This document shows positions 38,501 through 53,090 of a stretch of DNA of 64,000 bases, piece after piece. Both the position numbers and the translations under genes were made by a program. Position 1 is the stretch's first letter. Every line of letters begins with the position of its first letter. Location: NCBI GenBank assembly GCA_002633005.1, contig NMRA01000344.1:165365-229364 (forward strand). Direction: 5' to 3'. Below the pieces are notes generated by a model that was not told where the DNA came from, ran no database searches, and worked only from the letters and a program-made list of their open reading frames with translations. This stretch comes from Phoronis australis (lineage: Eukaryota; Animalia; Phoronida).

Positions 38501-39819
38501 TTAGTTGAGGCATCTTGTTGGTGTCAGCTGACATGCCCACTACTCTGAAGTAACTGTATAATGAGATGTGAGCAATCAAACACATAGTGTATTAAGTGTG
38601 CGCATGGCTTTGGTCTCAAACAAACGCAGCAAATATTATTTAACACGATATAAATCAGTAGCAATGAGAGACGATGTTTCTCATGGACAATCTCTTTCAC
38701 TTGTTTTCTACTTCCAATTATTTGCGGATGATCCCATTTGTGTCATAACATCTCTCATTTTGTATGGCCTTCCTGAAAATAGTTTTGGTTTTATGTCGTC
38801 TGGCATTTGAAAGAGGTGCCGAAAACATTCTATTTTGAATTTTTGTATTTCAAATATCTTTCAGTGTAGCGTTGATACGAATGGACGTCCCCCGCACTAA
38901 GGCTGCAACATTTTGTGGGTTGAACAGTTCAACCTGTGCCCTTTTTCACTGAACATACTTTGCCATCTCACTGGCAAACCTAGTTGAAAACAGTAACACT
39001 TGTTACTAAGTATGAGGCTTTATTAAAACATCTTTTTTGCTTATAATTGAGCATATGGTACTAATCAATATTTGTTGCAATTTTTATCTAACACGCATCA
39101 GACCTTAACATCCGATATGATGTTCAGACTGCCAATGGGAAGAAAGGACGTAAAAGTGGAAAAAATGGAGGAGTAATGGGAGGGGCAGTGATGTGGCGGG
39201 AAGGACGGACCTTCTTCTCATTTAGCAATCTCAGATCGTGTCACTGAGTCGTGATGCTAAAATTATGTTCACATTGCCTGTCTCAATATCAGAAAAGCTC
39301 AGTAAAGGATTGCCGTGAGATTTGACAAATAAATTTCTTTCTGGTTATGAGATCACGTAATTTATTAGTGATATTAACCCATATAGTGGCAGTTTTATTT
39401 TTTTAGCGTGTGATCTGTTGATGGATGGTTGTGAAATTGAACAGGTGTGACTAAGAAGAATATAAGTTATGTTCATTATTCAATATTTCAACTGGTACGT
39501 CCCCTAATGCTAGCTTCATTTTTGTTTGCACCTGCTTCAGTGACATTTAGGCAGTATGTTTCTTTTTTGGAGAATCAAGTCATGACAGATATTAAAACTC
39601 AGCTCAACAGTTGTGGTAAAACTACACATTTTCGCTGTGGCTTCACACCCCATGTACTGTGCAGACGTGTAAAACATATTTATGTAGCAATTATACAACT
39701 TTATCACATAATTTCTTGTCATGTAGTATATTGTTCATTTTTAGTTTAGGTCCATGTTTAAGGTAGAAAGCAATATTGTGGTTATTTAACACCCATGTTG
39801 CCACTATTTACCAACTCTA

Positions 39820-40247
39820 TAGTGCTGTTTACATCACAAAAGTTGACATCGATGGAACGAGTTGTTCCAGCGCAAGTATGTGTGTAAACAGGACTGACCT
39901 GGAGCAAATTGACACGCTCCCGGTGACAACTTTTGCCACCCGTTTGTGATGTAGAGCAATTTGTGCTCGATCATCTTGGTCCGTCTCATTTCAATACGTC
40001 TAAACGCGAAACTGTCGCAAGGTAGAAAGGATCAAGTCTTTTGCGCTTGTGCAATGACCTACGTACGGGTTCTCTTTCTCTGCAACTCCCGCCATTTGTA
40101 AACGTGCGCCTGTGCGTTCCACTCTCCAGCCTACAATTTCCATCTTGCCACAGTTATTGAGTTGTGTGTGTAAATGGACATTTGACACCGATCAATTTGC
40201 TTATGTCAGTTGCACCGGGCCAAAAGTTGATGTCTAAACCCGACTAT
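39820..40247. mobile_element. MITE-like interspersed repeat
   Basis: Loose TAG..TTTACATCA / TGATGTCTAAA..CTA termini. Partial homologues lie at 25645-25820 and ~36860-37040. Confidence 0.55.
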
Positions 40248-42829
40248 TGTTTGGGTGATGTTTCTAATTAATATTCTGATTGTTTCAGTGAAACCATCAC
40301 CCTGCTGAATCACCGGATTCTCATTAGTTGATATCTACCACACAGTGTAAGTAATACCTAATGATATTTAGGACCCTGTAAGTAATACCTATTGATGTCA
40401 GCTACTACACAGTGTATGTAATACCTGTTGTCTAAGCTATCTTCTTTTCCCTAAAGTCTGAATTGCCAAAGAATACAAATCAGTTAATGGCCACAAAATT
40501 CTTGCACCTTTTGGTTCCGGTTTGTTTAGTAGACAATTTAGAGGACACAACTGGAAATGTCTTAAAGCATCTTGCTTCTGGCTCAAAGGACATTTTGTCA
40601 ACAGAGGGAATTGGTGCTCAATTTATTCTCAACTGAGAATGTATGGTCAATATTTAACCAACAGGTGGTGGTAAAGCTAACTACAAGAAGTGCTGGTCGC
40701 TGGTCATGGGGCTGTGCTGACATCACTTTACTAAAACATTTCAACTCCTAACATTAAGTTTTCATGCATGCTTGTTTTTCTCTGTGGTTGTCCAGACCTT
40801 TAAATTCAATGTGAAATTCAATCCCTGGGAATTGTGAAGTCCTGTATACCCCAGTTGTATGGGTACACATCATCATCTCTGTTGCATAACCTCTATCAGA
40901 ACTTTGATTTCTATCTTATGTAATCAACATTTATGTCATCTCACTGTCGGCTGATGTCTAGGTCATGTTGCGGAGCTTTATGCCAAAATTAGAGATATTT
41001 AAACTGAAGAATTGGGACAAATGAGACTGACAGGACACCAGCAAGTCTCAGATCTGTGTTTTCTTGTTGTTGTTGTCGTCGTTGTGCTGGGAAAAAAGAC
41101 CTAAAGATCACATTCGGTGTTCATCATCATTTTCACTCCTTGTTGCCACCCGCATTATCAAGTGATTTATTACAATTTTGTTATGGTATTGCATGGTGGC
41201 CTCCTTGCAAGCTGGCATATACAAAATGCTGTCAGGGTCAATGCCCACTGTTGACTGAATTTAACAGTCAACGCTCATACTCATTTGTACACCCTCCCCC
41301 TCAACTTATGGTGACCAATCATCTTCCCATCAGGCCCTACTCAAATAACCACACTGCCATGCTCTATATCATTTACCCACAATGCTGTACAGCTGTTGCA
41401 GTAGTTATTCCTTTTTGCCAAGGTTAATGCATCAACCTAGTTTGGTGCCATTCCTGTGCCAAGAAGGGGATTTGTGTTATTTACCATCACCTAGGATGTA
41501 TTAGTCTTATGTGTTCAGGGATATGCCATATACCTTTTTGGTTTGTACGTTTCAACTTGAAAATATCCGACAGTTTTGAAAATTAGGGTAATTGTAAACA
41601 ACTGCAGGCCGATGCTTAGGGTGATATCAGGTCACAGTGGACAGGGGAGAGCAATAGTGGCCAAAGCCCAAGGCCCATATACCTGGACACACCTGAGGGA
41701 TTGTCTACCTACCATCTTTATATTTTCGTATACAAACAGTGTTTCCCAAAAATTTTTTACCCATTCGTTATCCTTTGTTATAAATTATTTCAAGAACGTT
41801 TGTTTTGAAAGTTATGAGCTTGAGTGCACTACTACCAACTGCTTTGTGTGTAACTATTTTCGATAATGTCTCGTAGTCTTTTTACAAGTAATTTTAAATT
41901 ACATTATCACCTAATTTTGTAATTCTGGTTATCTGTAACGCTGTATTTTTATTCTGTGGTGGCTCCGTGGTCAGCGGTCAGGACCCCAAAGGGCTTTCTT
42001 GAAGTCTCCATAAGCGTAAATTTTGTATTAAATGTACATATGTTGTCTTAACGTGAATAAAGTGTATTACTATTACTACTACAGATTCTTCTTTCCTCCG
42101 ATTTTTTCACCTCTTATTAAATTCGCTTGTTATCACCTGCTTTAATTTACTGACATCGTCTGCTTGCTTCATTGGTTGGAATCATGGGTTTTTACAATGT
42201 CTGATTGGTCAGATTGCAAATCGGGACATCTGATGTCTGGGCAGCATGAACGAATGCTTCTATTCCGTGGTTAGGTTGGTTAATGCCATATGTTATATCG
42301 GACATTAGCGTACGGCGTTTCAGCCAGAAGATGCAAGTATCAGAAGTCATGTTATAAAACATTTTAATTACGCCACCTTTGATACTTCTATGAGTTTTGT
42401 TCTCTGCTTAGATAAAATGGAAAAACACCAGAACAGAGCGACAACTTCCCATATAAGGTTCAAATACAGATGTCGCTTTTTATGATCTGACCTATTACGG
42501 GCCTTAAAAACCATAAACCTCTGAGTATGTATATAAAGTGAGCAGACGATCACTGTTAGAGTGTGTCAAGGCAGTTAGAAATATGCCAGCAAGAGACAAG
42601 AAATGAAAAAAGAAGCACCCGCTGTGGTCAAATTATAAAACAAGTAATTCTTTGCCTCAGACACATGAGGTCACATGAACCTGCAGATGGCAATTTACGC
42701 CTCGGTCAACATTGATCTTCCTCGCTTCAGTTATGACCTGTTATCACCCTTGGTATTGGTCCATTTTTATGACCTGTTATCACCCTCTGGATTGGTCCAT
42801 ATTTATGTTGTATTTTTCTGTCTTCACAT

Positions 42830-43340
42830 CATACAGGTTTAATCTCTCAGTGAGGCAAGTGAACATGGAGTACTGAACTTGTGATGGTGTAAATCTTAAT
42901 ATTAAGTCTGAGTTGGGTGTCATTGCGCTTCCTATGGGTTTATGTACTTGTATGTGGTGCCTTACAGTCTCGGAGTTCTCAAACATTTTTACTGTGTTGC
43001 ATGGCAGAAGTGTTGAGATCTCGTTGCAGTTTACTCACTTCTACCTTGTGGCTGATCCTTCTATACCTCCTAATGTAGAGAGGTTGGCCACATCGTGGCA
43101 CAGCCCCAATATAAAGAGATTGCCTCCTAGTTTCCCCAGGTCTTTTCCGTCTGTGCAGTCTGTGTTCTTAAGTGTCTGTCCAAAGCTGCCATCTCTCATC
43201 TTTGGATTTCATAAAACAAAAGAGTGACATATGTCCTGTATGCTAGCTAGTGTGTTTGTACCTATTGCAGTTAACAACCTGGTGTGCTTGTTACTAATCT
43301 ACTGACTCCATGATTTGCAGATTGTTGAGGACCGGTCGTC
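42830..43340 (-). mobile_element. Highly decayed LINE RT C-terminal remnant
   Basis: Minus-strand fragments LLYWGCATMW and Q*KCLR resemble the LxYgxxxW...QxkcLR motifs of LINE ORF2. Many stops. Confidence 0.35.
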
Positions 43341-44094
43341 ATGGAGGATTTAAGGTGATCAGTCAAAGTTTGCCTGCTTTATGTCCTGGTGCCCGTACTT
43401 TCCACCTGAAATCGGGGTTGAAACACTACGCAAACTTGCTTGTAAAAGTATAATATTTAAACGACTTTACCAAATTCAACTCCTCTAATGTGATGTTTAT
43501 CAGCCATCACTTAAAACTATTGAATTCTGATGCATTTTATCAAATGTCTCAAAGTATTATGTGAATTTTGCTTGTTATTGCGCTAATTTTCAATAATCTT
43601 GAAACTAAATTCTAAAAAGTCTTGTTTTGGAAAATTTTAGACAGATGTGCATTTAATGTGTTTCCATCCTTGATTTCATACACATTACCTTCTGTGTGTA
43701 TTGTTGCTCATTGGTACAAGATATACTTTCTGTGTGCACTGATCCACATTTGTATGTGATACTTTCTGTGTGTATTGTGCCCCACTGGTACATGGTACCT
43801 TCTTTGCTACTGTGCCACATTGGCTGAGTGTAACAAATGACCTATGTCACATTTTCCAGCACACTGAGTTAACTTTCTAAAATTGAGGTCATAACCCCAA
43901 AAATTGGTACCCTGTTTAAGAGTGTATGAAAGTGCACGTTTTTTGGAGACCTGTGTGTAACGTCCTTTTTACATTTATAACTGTTTTATACCTGCCCTCA
44001 AAGTCAAAAACAAACTTTTGATTTAGACCTCTTGCTGTTATGAAGTTGGGTTTCAAAGTTTTCCTAGCTAAGGCTCTCGGACTTTAAGCCGGGC

Positions 44095-44480
44095 TTGCAT
44101 GACCAGAGTGGTTAGTAGAGTTTTGCCTAACCAGGCTGGTCAGTAGCGTTTTGTCTAACTAGATTGGTCAATAGAGATTTGCCTGACCAGACTCATGTCA
44201 CTTGAGTTTTGCTCTAAGCATGGTCTGGACTAATAATAAACTGTTTGCTCTTTTCAAGGCCAGATTCAGTCATTTTATCAAAAGTTGTTTTGTTGAGGGA
44301 ATGGTGGCTCAGTTGAAGCTGCATCTTGCCTTGTTCAGCTGGCTAAAAATAAAAGTCAAATTAGGCCTTTTACTCTCATCAATGACCTAGATTCAGACAT
44401 TACTTTCAGCAGTGAGCTTGATGCAGACTTTACTCCCATCATTGAGGTAGATACAGATATTACTCTCATCATTGAAGTTC
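44095..44480. repeat. Two short degenerate minisatellites (~28-bp at 44095-44230; 30-bp x4 at 44370-44480)
   Basis: Units approximately ACCAGxxTGGTCAGTAGAGTTTTGCCTA and TTACTCTCATCATTGAxxTAGATxCAGAxA. Confidence 0.65.
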
Positions 44481-47400
44481 CTTTAAGGATTTTTATGAAA
44501 TTTGGTAAATAGTTTTCTATTGAAGCGATAACAAGTTCCTATTTTTTGAAGTTCCTGGATGGATTTTTATGATATTTGGTAAATAGCTATCTATTAAAGA
44601 AGCGATGATAAGTTCCCATTTTTGGATGGATTCAACTTATTTTTCGCCATCTAGTGACCATTTCTGTGATACGGCTGTTTGCGGTACCTTTGTGGGTGCA
44701 TTTCAATGCTCTGCGCAGCTCTAGTTTTTCGTTACAGTACCAACTAAAGTCAGTGTATGCGTGCTTGTACCGTGTACATGCATCATTTTCAAATTTTCGA
44801 TGTCACAGTTTCCCATCATTCTGATAAAGGCTGAAACATTTCCTTGAGTTTCTTATGATTTTGATGTTCTTGTTAGAAATAGAACTAGAACTAGAACTCT
44901 TACATATGACAGTAAAAGGCCTAATTCAATTTTCGTTTTTATTAGCTAACACAGAGGTGGAGCTTTAGTAAAAATATCAACGTAACGGGCATTTTCATCT
45001 GATTTTGCAGTAACAGGTTTTGTGGGTAGTTTATAACTACTCTAAATTATAGGGTTTTGAATACAGTTCCTAAACATGAGTACCAAGATTTGAAGGTTTG
45101 TCCCCTGGGGATTAGTCCTTCGGACAACTCACTGATTAATGTTTAGAATTTCTTGCATTTTGGTGTGGTGTTAAGGTTATCTTTGAAAATTACAGAGGAA
45201 ATTGGTCATATTTGAGGTGATCCTGTCTCTTGCCTTTAACTATTCTTTGTGGATTTTCATAACTTACCTGTCCCATAACAAGTAACAGATCGTTTTTTTA
45301 CTTGTCTACTCTCAAGTTGCCAATGAAGTTTGGGTCAGTTTGTCATGGTGTAGGTGATATTGGCAGTATTGACTGTGAATGAGTGTATAAATTTGTTACT
45401 TGCTTGTAGCTTAGTTCTTTCTCCAAGAATTATCACTCATGCTGTTACAATCATCTGCACTGTGGCATCAAATACTGTAAAACATGGTCTTATAATCTAA
45501 TATGACCTTATATTCTAATATAAAACCATGGCCTTATAGTCGGGGGTCATGTGCAGTCGGGTGTGAACGAAATACATTAATGCGAATGTGAAACTCACAA
45601 CATGTGTTGTTTTGATTTATGTCTATTTTTCACATAATGTAGTGAGTTTAACTAACCAATATTTTCACACAAAACAGAAAACACTAGAAAATGGGGACTG
45701 GCCTTTCATCTGAAAAAACATCTTGTCCTGATATTTGAGGTGGTAATAAGTTTAAATTTCCTAAAGTGCAATTTTGGCCATGGCATGATATACTAGGTTT
45801 TACAGTATGTATTTGTCAGGGTCATGTGACCATGTACAGCTAGTGACATCTGGTGATCAATCTAAATTTTGTGTATTTGTGAAGTGGCATTATGTGAGCA
45901 TACTTTTTTCAAGACATAGTTCATGCATAAATGTGAAAGATTAAGTTAAGTTCTGACATGTTGCCTGGTAAAATCAAGTGAAATTTTTTAAACAGGTATT
46001 TTGTTTCAGTACAAAACCAAATTGACAAGAAGCCAAAATATAGTTGGTGAGCGTTTAATGAATTTGAGTCTATGAATCTTGGTGGCAAAGATATATCTGA
46101 TTAAACGACAGGTGTAATTTGGGATAGTTGTCATACTAGTTTACGTCCCCGCCCATCTCTGGCTTGATTCTCACCTACAACATTTCAATAATTTCACATT
46201 TCAATGCCGGGACTCTGCTGTGGCCACCGTCAATTCATAAGATTGCGACAATGTCTCCTTAGAAGCCAGTCTCTGGAGAATTGAAGCTCCCAAACATGTG
46301 CAACTTGCTAAATCTTTGGTAATTATCTTCAGTGTCACCTTGTCATACACTCTTCTCTGAAGAAGATGTGAAATGGTTCTTTTAGTTCGTGTGCATTTTG
46401 ATACCGGTATTATCATATTTGTATGCATTAACGGTGATGACATTTGCATAAGCGAATTTAAAGTTTGGGTAAACTCTCATCCTCGACTTGAACGTTCAGG
46501 TGAACACCCACCCTTTACTTTTCAGAGAAATGCTCATTTTCTGAGATATTCCCCGGTAGATAACCCAGATGAGGTTATATTAAATGATGTACCAAGTGTG
46601 CTGTGAGTACATATGGTGCTAATATATGCTCCAAAGCGATAGGTTTTCCGTATGTCTGGGTTTTCTCCATTGCTTTCGGATGTGGTTATAAAGCTGTGCT
46701 ATATGCAAGTTCCTATGTTTTTGGGACATGCTGTCAAGTTAGACTCTATCATGAAACCCACAGAGCCTTTTAAACAGTTTACTGAAGGTGGAAATTAAGA
46801 CTCAGCAGACCTCCCATATGTATTCAGAAAATATTGGGTAACAACATCAGGTTTAGAGTTTAAAAGATGCTATAAAACTTCCTTCTGGCACAAAAAATAG
46901 CCTTTGTTCCAGAACACTTAACGTTGCTTGAAATTTGTTTCAAAATTGTTCCATAACCAAAACAGATCACTTTCCATTTGAGGAAAGAACTAGTTGAGAT
47001 CATTTTTACTATTCTGATGTCAACTTCCAAGCAAAACCAGCTGTTTAAATTTTGCATGTTCAAAGCATACTTGTATAAAGCATATAGTTGCAAGCATTAC
47101 AGCTTTGATAAATATTGTTTTTCGCCCCTGAACATGGTAGCTTTCCCTGTACATGGTAGCTTACCCCTGTACGTGATGGCATTAGCTGAATTTAACTCCT
47201 AACGCGCTCAAAACATTCGGGTTAACACCCATGCTCAGGTAAGCAGCCACACCCTAGTATATTGGAACATTTTCGGATTAATTATCCACTGCTGGTCAAA
47301 ACGCCCATTCTTTAGTTTGAGTAAGTTATGCTTTTGGAGGCCAGGAAACCAGATAAAGTCCTTCCACACGCAGACTTGCCTTAGAACACACAAATTGCCC

Positions 47401-47816
47401 CACTTAAAGCAGAGTTTCCACGCACACATATATGATAACTAGGGTAAGACAGAAATTGTCGCTCTGTGCATGACAATGGACAGTTGAAGCAAATATGGCA
47501 TGCAAAAGAAAATCTGTCTGTATGTTATCTCAGCAGATAATTCCATCTGGCCCCATGTTTACATTCACACAGCGATTAAAAGCAGCGCAAGTTACCTATA
47601 ACAAGTTAATCTACCTTGATAAGTTGGAGTAAGTTGTCACATGTGAGGTAAGTTGCACTAGTTAAAATGGCAAAAAAAGTTCATGATTTAGTAGTTTCAT
47701 TGCTAAGGTCTGGGATCTCATGTGTAATGTGTTTATACAAATTTAAAATTATTGCAATATTCTATATTTTCATTCTTTAGTATCAATAGAACACAATATG
47801 ATTCATAATGGTCATC

Positions 47817-47902
47817 ATAAATAATAATAATAATCATCATCATCACCACCACCACCACCACCACCACCACCACCACCATCATCATCACCATCATCATCAT
47901 CA
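47817..47902. repeat. Compound trinucleotide microsatellite (AAT/CAT/CAC)n
   Basis: ATAATAATAA..CATCATCATCAC(CAC)n..CATCATCATC is seen directly. Confidence 0.95.
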
Positions 47903-50900
47903 AATAGTATCGTACACCATAATTGTCACAACGATAGTCAACTCTGGCATCATTGTCCTAATTATCATTTCACCAATGAAATAACATACCGGCTTTTGTT
48001 CGATATTGACAAAAATGACTGCATGAAGTAGTCGCAATCCCTATGGTTTTAAATGCCACACATTTTGTTCTGTAATAGCACCCTGTGCCCCCATGCCATT
48101 ATTTCATAATCAAATTCCTAACCTGGTGTTAAGGATGACGTTCTCTTTAGGTGTTATCTACTTCATACTTCCTTCAAATGTTTTCTATTCCAACAAAATT
48201 ACCCTCATGTTTCCTTGGTAACTGACTACCAGCATGGGGTTGGAATTTGTGCTTGCTGAAAGGTTAAATGTTCAGTTCATTTTCTTGCCGCACATTTGGG
48301 TGATACAACATCATTTCCCTTTTTTGAATTTTTGTTGTTTGTGTTAAGCAAGCTGGCGGCATACAGGTATGTAATATGCTTACAAAACAGACAATGTGTT
48401 TAAGTTTCATTATGTGAGGTCACGTTCATTATAAGGTCTGACAATGAAAAGAATGTAATATTTTTATGTGGGAAGCTGACCATTGTTGTCACAATGCAGG
48501 GGAATTTGATGATTTAAACAGGCGAAGAGATAAAAAAGGGTGATAGTATGACTAGTCGCTCATCATTTTCACCCTTAAATATTTCTATTTTCAGTCATCA
48601 AGACTTGTTATTATCTAAGTGCAGTACTTTGCAAAGTAAAATGGACAAGTCAACATCCAAATTTAACGTGTATTTGAATAGCACTAAGCATCCAGAATGT
48701 GTTTCAGGTCGAACAAATCTTGGAAAAAAACTCCACAGATATTGCTCAATACACTGCGTCAATATGTCTTTGCTGGCACATTCACAACTGAAGGAGGCTA
48801 GTTTTAACAATATTACATACTACAGTTTGAGGAAAGTGCCAGTTTGTTGAAACAACAATATCATTTAAAATACGAATAACACTTCTGGTAATTTGTCCTA
48901 GTGGAAAGTGTGACAGCTCTGCTTAAGTCTGTTGAGGTCATTTTGAAATCTGCTGTAGTATTAGGCATTTACGGCAAGGTCGTTCTGTGATTTTTCATAC
49001 AGTGGGCAGTTTTTGAGGAAGCAGTTTTGTCCCTTCAATTTTATACAATAAAACATTTTTCCTAAACATTGAGGAACATACAAACACACTTTTGTTTTTT
49101 ATCTATTTGTGAAATTAATGAATTAATTAAAATTCATAATATTTAAAATTGTGCAAATGATGATCAAAAAGGCCCAAGTTTATAGACCAGGTATATCTAT
49201 GCATTTAATATGTCAGCACCTCATTAGACTGAGCACCAAGTTTTAATGGTGATTTTAAAAAAGTTTGACAGTTATAATTTACTGTTGAATTTTTTTAGTT
49301 GTTTTCTATTTTGATCTTTGCCTAGTACAGAACTGAAAAAGGGGTGGATTAACCAATCAGTTTTTCTGTTCAACTGCCGAAACAAAGGCACTTCTGGCAA
49401 AAATATAAAATTTACGCGGATTACTGAAAAACCACCTTTAATTAAATGAATGGTTGACATGTTTTCGAGAACAGATTAATTTCATCCTGCAATCTTAGTT
49501 TTATGTTTCACCCTTCGGCTCTAATTTTATATCCAGGTTTGTTAATTTTAATGTAATCTTAATTGCATATCGCCTCTGTTCACCTGAAATTTTAGGTCGA
49601 ACTCTTAACCAAAGTGCTTCGAGGTATGAAAAGATTGCCACACTCCTTTGATCTAGAATACCGTATGCGGAACGAGCCCCGAATTTAAGTCACAGGCAAT
49701 GCACACATGCGGCAGATTAGTAATTTTAGGGTTGGCTAATCCCATTGAATTTTAAAGCATATTCTTTAGTCGCTGACGGTTTCGATGTTGTAATGGAAAT
49801 AAAATTGTCTCAAGGTAAGGAATAATATGAGACTTAATTAGAGTAAAAGGCCCAATTTGATTTCCAGCCAGCTAAACAGGGTGAAACGCAGCTCTTCCTT
49901 ATAGCAAACAGAGTGCAGCTTGATTTAATGTCAGTGCATGTAGTCTTTACTTTCATTCAATAGCAATAAGATGATCTTGCCTTACGTTTCCTACTGAATT
50001 GGAATGCTCAAAAGAGTATACTAGGGGTTTGACTAGCCTGTCTTGTGTCCTCAATAGGATTCATTTTTATACAAAAGTGAGGTATTTATTAGAGATAGAA
50101 TAGACAGCTCTGTATACTTGGAGTCCCTTTGTCGTCGGTGTTATCTTTTCTGAATCTCCGCTCTTGGCTAGAATAGGAGAACAATAACTTGCCTTTCATA
50201 GATTTGAGAAAATAACAAAGCGAGTCATGGATCACTATACTTGCAGCCTACAGCTATTTTATCTGGTGTTATCTCACCAGTAATCAGCATATCCTAGAAA
50301 TACCTTCTTCATTTTCCAGGAATCAATTTTTTGTTGCCACAAACTGCAGTTTAAAAAAAAAAAATCAAGGTGCAGTGAACAAATTAATACAGATCTTTGT
50401 AAAAGAACCCTGGTCCCATGACTTGTCTGTAAGTACAAAAGTTATATATGTGGTGGATTGTGGAGCTTTGTTGGCATTTGATACTGGTTTGGCTGTTGTA
50501 CAAAATAACAGCATATCAAAGACAAATCATATGTAAGATTTCATGAGTGTTTCAGTTTTACCATGTTTTGATAAAATCTTGGGTCTGGTTTGTCATCAGT
50601 TACCCATTTAGCTATTGACTAAATGTAGTCCGAGTTGGACTGTATATTGCCTCTAACTTTGGTTGAGACTTTTGCAATCAACATTATAATTATAAAATGA
50701 TTGCCTTACCAAAGCTTGCTATCAATTTCAATTCTGCTATCCGCTGTTGCAGGGTGAGAATGCTTATAGATTATTGTGTTTGTTGCACTAGAGTCAAGTT
50801 GATATGGAGTCAAATTTGCTGTGTGATCTGAATAAATACAGCATGCGTTATCTTCGCTCAATGAATATAGTCTGCTCATTTCCTTTACAAAACCCTAGCC

Positions 50901-51806
50901 ATGTTTACTCACGGGACAAGTCTCAACACAGACTTTATTATTAATATCCTTGTGCCTAATAATAACACAATATCGATTAATGAATGATATGAGATTAATG
51001 TTATCTTCTAGTTTCCACCAAAGATGAGTTTGATGGCTTTGTTGGGTTGACAGTTTAGTATTAGTGGGTGGTGACAAAACTTAACCGATCTGCCAAGCGC
51101 AGATATCTGTTACCATGTTTGTGGTGATGAAACAAGTTGTTACTAGCATGTTTTACAACCCACAGCACGGACATCTCCCGTAGCCAGTATTGCGCAGGGG
51201 GTGGTTCGAATTTCTGGAACAGTGGATCTTTGATATTTTGCAAAGGCCGACCCGGTATAGTTTTCAGTGAGGCCCTTGACGCAGCTTGAGTAGGAGAAGG
51301 GAAGTTTGTATGCACGATAACTCGCACCTCTTTGTTCCTGAGATGAGACGGAAATGAGGATGCCGTGACGTTTGCTCGTAAAGAGTGGGAATCAAAGTCG
51401 GATGTGTAATGTGGTCCAGAAAGAGAACGCTCTCGCATTACCTTCCGCCAAACTAATCAAGCGTGCTTAAATACATTCTCCGACGGATTTTTTAGTCTGA
51501 GAATGACTTGACGAAATTTTTATCTGGTTGTATTTTTGCGCGTTATTTATATCGCTGGAAATGGGAACAGCCCACTATTCTAAAGGTTCACTACTCCGAA
51601 GGTTCTTTACACCGAAAATTTCTAAAATTTCGATCCCAGGATTAATTGGATACTTTTCCATGCAGAAGTAAACGATACTTCAATTATTAGATTAGTGGTG
51701 TACCTATACTGAAAACAACGTCCGGTACCTATTGATTTCATGTGCATACAAAAATGCCCACATGTCTTGCGAATACGGAAAACTAAGTACGTTCTTGTAT
51801 TTTTAA

Positions 51807-52388
51807 AAGGATACTAAATCCGGATTTGGCTTTTGACTTTCCCATCCAGCTCATTGAGACAAAATAATACTCTGTAACCATTAACAACCCTCAAAAGTTT
51901 CCTGAAAAATTTGAAATGTCCTTTCAAAGTCTGCTGACCGGCCAAGCGTGATCTACGCTTTTTGAGAATTACGACAACTGTGGGGAAAAATCCACCCACC
52001 AATGACCATATTGTCCAAACTGTGACATGGGGTTATGAATTTTCAATTGTACCGTTCCTTAAAAAGGAGTCTAAACCCTGTTTTGATGATTTCAAGCAAT
52101 CCTCGTTTTCTCACTTGCTGATGCATTATTGGCTTCACGCTTGAAAGACAAAGCAGAAATCAAGTAAGAATTCATACCCACTATCTCACAAATTGGACAT
52201 TATGGTCCTTGGTGGGTGGTCGTTTCCTACAGATGCCGCGTAACTCGCTAAAAACGTGAATCACGCTTGCCCCCTTAGCAGAATTTGTAATTGGTTTTCT
52301 AATTTTCCTCAAAATTTTAGAGGGTTGTGGAGCCGTTACAGAACATTTTTTTCAGAGATCTGGATGGGAAAGTCGTTTTTTGTATCTG
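51807..52388. mobile_element. Foldback MITE with ~250-bp diverged TIRs and TTAA flanks (Kolobok-like)
   Basis: GACTTTCCCATCCAG..CAAGCGTGAT..CCACCCACCAA..TATGAATT (51835-52045) is the reverse complement of ~52167-52375. Ends are TTAA-AAGGATAC...GTATCTG-TTAA. Confidence 0.65.
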
Positions 52389-52794
52389 TTAATAGGACAA
52401 AACCGGTTTCGGAATACTTTTAACTTGGAAGGTTGACGCCAATGATGCAGGTGACACAACGAGAACTGGTGGAAATCATCACAGGGTGTAGTGTCCTTTT
52501 AAAGGAATTTGAAATAGGGATATCTGACCATCACCTTCAATTCAAAATTTGAAATACCTGCACATAACCATGCTATGCTAGCAAGTATACTAAAACAGCA
52601 GATAACAAACGTATTTTCTGCTGTTTTGTTTCAAGATATTCAAACCACTCTACTTTTTGAGAGCTCTTTCGCTGCGTTAAAGCTTAGCTACATCTGGTTA
52701 TAGACATTCACTTCTAGAGTACCTTGTTACCCTATGGTGTATCGTTGGCCAAATGGATGAACGTTACGCCGTTAATTGTTGGAGGCGTATTAAT

Positions 52795-53090
52795 TGGGAC
52801 GTAAAGAAATAATTTGTGGTGTAAAGTAATTATCTAAGGTGTAAAGTAATTATTTATGGTGTAAAGAAATTATTTGCAGCGTAAAGTAATTTTTTGTGGC
52901 ATAAAGAAAGTTTGTAGGACATTAAGTAATTATTTTCAGTGTAAAGTAACTTGTAGCACCGCAAATACTTTACGCCGTAATGTAATAATTACTTTACGCC
53001 GTAATGTAATAATTACTTTACGCTATAATGTAATAATTACTTTACTCCATAATGTAATAATTACTTTACGCCACAAGTAATTACTTGACA
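52795..53090. repeat. Foldback minisatellite: 20-bp units, then inverted 24-bp units
   Basis: About 8 copies of GTAAAGTAATTATTTxxGGT (52801-52950) face about 5 copies of TAATGTAATAATTACTTTACGCCG (52966-53085). Confidence 0.8.

Noticed and set aside
41955-42082. tRNA-like A-box (GGCTCCGTGGTCAGCGG) and an AATAAA plus (TATTAC)n tail
   Set aside because: No B-box or cloverleaf. It may be a retroelement 3' end, but cannot be supported as a tRNA or SINE.
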